64,000 nt of DNA from Gammaproteobacteria bacterium (GTDB lineage: Bacteria > Pseudomonadota > Gammaproteobacteria > Pseudomonadales > JADFDG01): assembly GCA_018262975.1 (NCBI GenBank), contig JADFDG010000008.1:24986-88985 (forward strand). Direction: 5' to 3'. Shown here one piece after another: positions 61,227-64,000 of the stretch. The notes under the pieces are model-generated. The model saw nothing but the letters and a program-made list of their open reading frames with translations. It was not told where the DNA came from and did no database searches. The translations under genes and the position numbers were made by a program. How positions within the stretch are numbered: the first letter of the stretch is position 1; the number at the start of each line of letters is the position of its first letter.

Positions 61227-63335
61227 ATGAGTCAGCAACCCATCATCGACACAATCCGCCTGCTGATGCTCCACGAGTCCCAGGACGAAGCGGAGCTACT
61301 GCTGAACACGCTGCGCAAGGCTGGCAAGGCCACCCGTGCCGATTTCGCGCGCAACGAGGAAGGTCTGGTCACCCAACTGAAGGGCGCCGAATGGGACGCC
61401 CTGCTGGTGCGCCCGGCCGTGGGTGGCTGCACGCCGGAGAAGGCGGTGGCCCAGGCCCGCAAGCTTGGCCACGACGTGCCGGTGATCCTGCTCGCCGACA
61501 ACAACGATTCGGCGACCATCCTGGCCGGCCTCAAGGCCGGCGCGCGCGACGTGGTGCCGCGCGGCGAGACCGAGCGACTGCTGCTGGTGCTCGACCGCGA
61601 AATGACCAACCTCGCCATGCTGCGCGAGAAGAAGCGCCTGGAAGCCGACCTGCGCGAGAGCGAGAAGCGCTCCGAATTGCTGATGGACACCGCGCAGGAC
61701 GCGGTGGCCTACGTGACCGACGGCATGCACGTGCAGGCCAACGGCGCCTACCTGGAACTGTTCGGCTACACCGACTCCGACGAACTGGCCGGCGTACCGA
61801 TCATGGACCTGGTCGCCGAACGCAGCCACAAGGAACTCAAGGACCTGCTGCGCCGCCAGTCATCGGCGAAGCAGGGTGACAAGCACGAGATCACCTGCCA
61901 CTGCCTGCACGCCGACGGCAGCGAGTTCGAGGCGAAGATGGTGTTCTCGCACGCCGTCTACGACGGCGAGCCGTGCACGCAGATCCTGATCCGCTCGGCC
62001 GCCCAGGGCGGCGGACTGAGCGACGCCGAACTGGAAGCCCGCCTGCGGGAAGCGACGTCCTTCGACGCCATCACCGGCCTGCGCAACCGCCAGTACTTCA
62101 TGGGCCAGGTGGACAGCGCGGTCGCGATCGCCCGCGAGAAGCGCCGTACGTCCAGCGTACTGTTCGTGCAGATCGACGACTTCACCAAGCTGCGCACCTC
62201 GGTGGGCATCGGCGGCGCGGATGCCGTGCTGACCGAACTGGCCGGCATGCTGCGCGGCATCGTCCCGGACAATGCCGGCATGCTGGCGCGCTTCGGCGAC
62301 GAGATCTTCTCCATCCTGGTCCCCGGCGGCGACGTGGCCAAGGCCTCCTCGCTCGGCGAGAAGATCCGCCACGCGATTGACGAGCACATGTTCGAGGTGC
62401 AGAAGAAGACCCTGCGCATCACCGTCTCGGTGGGTGGCGCGATCATCGACGAGCACACGCCGTCCGGGCAGGACGCCCTCACCTGGGCCGCCGACGCCGC
62501 GGTCAAGGCGCGCCAGGCGCACAACGGCGCCGGCAACGGCGTGTTCGTGCGCAACCCGGCCGACATGATCGACGCGTCCACCGACGCCGGCATGGCCAAG
62601 CACCTGCAGATCGCGCTGGAGAAAAACCAGTTCACGCTGTACTGGCAGGCCATCCTCAATCTCGAGGACAACGCCGAGGAAACCTACGAGGTCCTGCTGC
62701 GCCTGCCGTTCAAGGACAAGGAGCTGCAGCCGGCGGAATTCCTGCAGGCGGCTGCCGCCGGTAACCTCAACACCAAGATCGACCGCTGGGTGATCCTCAA
62801 CGCCCTGAAGGCACTGGCCGAGCACAACGCGCGCGGCCACAAGACGCGCATCATGGTGACGCTGACCACCGACTCGCTGGCCGACAACTCGCTGGTGGCG
62901 TGGCTGGGCGTGGCCCTGAAGGCGGCGAAGATCGGCGGCGAGTCGCTGATCCTGCAGTTCACCGAGGCCGATGCCACCACGTACCTCAAGCAGGCTGCAC
63001 AGTTCGCCCGCGACGTGCGTGCGCTGAAGATCCAGACGGCCATCAGCCGCTTCGGCGCCAGCCACGCGCCGAGCAAGGTGCTCGCGCACCTCACCGATGT
63101 CACCTACGTGAAGCTGGACGGCTCGTTCATGCAGGAGCTTGGCACCGAGCCGGGCAAGAAGGCCATTTCCGCCTGCATCAAGGACGTGCAGGGCCACGGC
63201 AAGAAGGTCATCGCCTCGCACGTGGAGAGCGCCGGCGCGCTGCAGACGCTGTGGGGCTACGGCATCAACTACATCGAGGGCTACTACGTGGCCCCGGCCT
63301 CCACCACGATGGACTACCCGTTCAGCGACCAGTAG
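61227..63335 (+). CDS. fimX: FimX-like REC-PAS-GGDEF(degenerate)-EAL(degenerate) c-di-GMP sensor
   Basis: GGDEF site reads FGDEIF (62290-62313). EAL site reads EVL (YEVLLRL, 62679-62702), as in FimX. N-terminal receiver-like domain plus PAS. The stop codon TAG lies inside a degenerate REP unit. Confidence 0.82.
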   Translation: MSQQPIIDTIRLLMLHESQDEAELLLNTLRKAGKATRADFARNEEGLVTQLKGAEWDALLVRPAVGGCTPEKAVAQARKLGHDVPVILLADNNDSATILAGLKAGARDVVPRGETERLLLVLDREMTNLAMLREKKRLEADLRESEKRSELLMDTAQDAVAYVTDGMHVQANGAYLELFGYTDSDELAGVPIMDLVAERSHKELKDLLRRQSSAKQGDKHEITCHCLHADGSEFEAKMVFSHAVYDGEPCTQILIRSAAQGGGLSDAELEARLREATSFDAITGLRNRQYFMGQVDSAVAIAREKRRTSSVLFVQIDDFTKLRTSVGIGGADAVLTELAGMLRGIVPDNAGMLARFGDEIFSILVPGGDVAKASSLGEKIRHAIDEHMFEVQKKTLRITVSVGGAIIDEHTPSGQDALTWAADAAVKARQAHNGAGNGVFVRNPADMIDASTDAGMAKHLQIALEKNQFTLYWQAILNLEDNAEETYEVLLRLPFKDKELQPAEFLQAAAAGNLNTKIDRWVILNALKALAEHNARGHKTRIMVTLTTDSLADNSLVAWLGVALKAAKIGGESLILQFTEADATTYLKQAAQFARDVRALKIQTAISRFGASHAPSKVLAHLTDVTYVKLDGSFMQELGTEPGKKAISACIKDVQGHGKKVIASHVESAGALQTLWGYGINYIEGYYVAPASTTMDYPFSDQ

Positions 63336-63353
63336 CGAGGGGCCATGCCCTCA
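63332..63353 (+). repeat. Degenerate REP unit: GTAGCGAGGGGCCATGCCCTCA
   Basis: Its TAG (63333-63335) is the fimX-like stop codon. An intrinsic terminator follows. Confidence 0.6.
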
Positions 63354-63354
63354 C

Positions 63355-63389
63355 AAAAAAATGCCGCGCGATGCGCGGCATTCTTGTTT
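63355..63389. terminator. Bidirectional intrinsic terminator between the fimX-like gene and serB
   Basis: AAAAA-AATGCCGCGC-GAT-GCGCGGCATT-CTTGTTT. 10-bp stem. Confidence 0.85.
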
Positions 63390-63402
63390 GCGGGATGCGC
63401 GG

Positions 63403-64000
63403 TCAGGCGTTGCGGGTGAGTTCGGTGCGGTCGCGGTCGCGCACGCCCAGCAGGTAGAGGATGCCGTCGAGCCCCAGCGTGGAGATGGCCTGGCGCGCGC
63501 TGGCACGGACCAGCGGCTTGGCGCGGAAGGCGATGCCCAGCCCGGCGATCGACAGCATCGGCAGGTCATTGGCGCCGTCGCCGACGGCGATCGCCTGCTC
63601 CAGGGCGATACCTTCCTTCGCGGCGATTTCGCGCAACAACTCAGCCTTGCGCGCGCCATCAACAATGCGCCCGACGACATTGCCCGTCACCTTGCCGTTC
63701 GCCATCTCCAGCTCGTTGGCAAACACGTAGTCGATACCGAGGCGCTGCTGCAGGTAACGGCCCATGAAGGTGAAGCCACCGGAGAGGATGGCCGTCTTGT
63801 AGCCCAGCGTCTTGAGCGAGGCGATCAGGTTTTCCGCGCCCTCGGTGAGCGGGATGGCATCGATGACCTTCGCCATCGCCGATTCGTCCAGCCCCTTGAG
63901 CAGCGCCACGCGGCGGCGGAAGCTCTCCTGGAAATCGAGTTCGCCGCGCATCGCCGCCTCGGTGATCTGCGAGACCTGCTCGCCGACGCCGGCCAGGCGC
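63403..64000 (-). CDS. serB: Phosphoserine phosphatase, C-terminal part (gene continues past the right window edge)
   Basis: HAD motifs MRGELDF...SGGFT...GDGANDLPMLSIAGLGIAFRAKP. The frame is open to position 64000. Confidence 0.88.
   Translation of the reverse strand, partial: RLAGVGEQVSQITEAAMRGELDFQESFRRRVALLKGLDESAMAKVIDAIPLTEGAENLIASLKTLGYKTAILSGGFTFMGRYLQQRLGIDYVFANELEMANGKVTGNVVGRIVDGARKAELLREIAAKEGIALEQAIAVGDGANDLPMLSIAGLGIAFRAKPLVRASARQAISTLGLDGILYLLGVRDRDRTELTRNA

Overview
High-GC (about 65-70%) gammaproteobacterial chromosome segment. Protein sequences and gene order look Xanthomonadales/Lysobacterales-like, but that is inference only. I call about 61 CDSs, one tRNA-Leu(CAG), about 26 copies of a GTAG-headed REP-like palindromic unit, four clear intrinsic terminators and several candidate -10 promoter boxes.

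The backbone is housekeeping and strongly syntenic with known gammaproteobacterial blocks:
- xseB-ispA-dxs
- ribA / pgpA-thiL-nusB-ribH-ribBA-ribE-ribD
- nrdR-glyA, then ettA
- radA-alr-dnaB-rplI-rpsR-priB-rpsF
- rlmB-rnr
- purA-hisZ-DUF2065 ... hflC-hflK-hflX-hfq-miaA-mutL-amiB-tsaE-nnr
- queG, orn, rsgA
- rhodanese-psd, epmA-efp-epmB
- a FimX-like module, then serB

Several non-housekeeping insertions interrupt this backbone, and almost all are bounded by REP clusters:
- A DUF4126 membrane protein plus an 849-aa lipoprotein, splitting the usual nrdR-ribD pair.
- A stand-alone PilZ protein plus two secreted orphan proteins.
- An acidic secreted orphan.
- A zinc alcohol dehydrogenase plus tRNA-Leu.
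- A translationally coupled MlaE-like / degenerate ABC-ATPase-like / MCE trio.
- A low-GC RCC1-repeat lipoprotein islet between hflC and DUF2065.
- A PAS-HD-GYP-hemerythrin protein.

I see no CRISPR array, rRNA, transposase, integrase or recognisable defence genes. The most unusual items, in my judgement:
- The MCE/Mla-like trio, whose nucleotide-binding subunit has lost every catalytic motif.
- The large orphan lipoprotein locus.
- The REP family, whose GTAG heads supply the stop codons of four genes and probably the start codon of miaA.
- The compositionally foreign RCC1 islet.

All functional calls come from reading the translated ORFs and from remembered family motifs. No database search was run.
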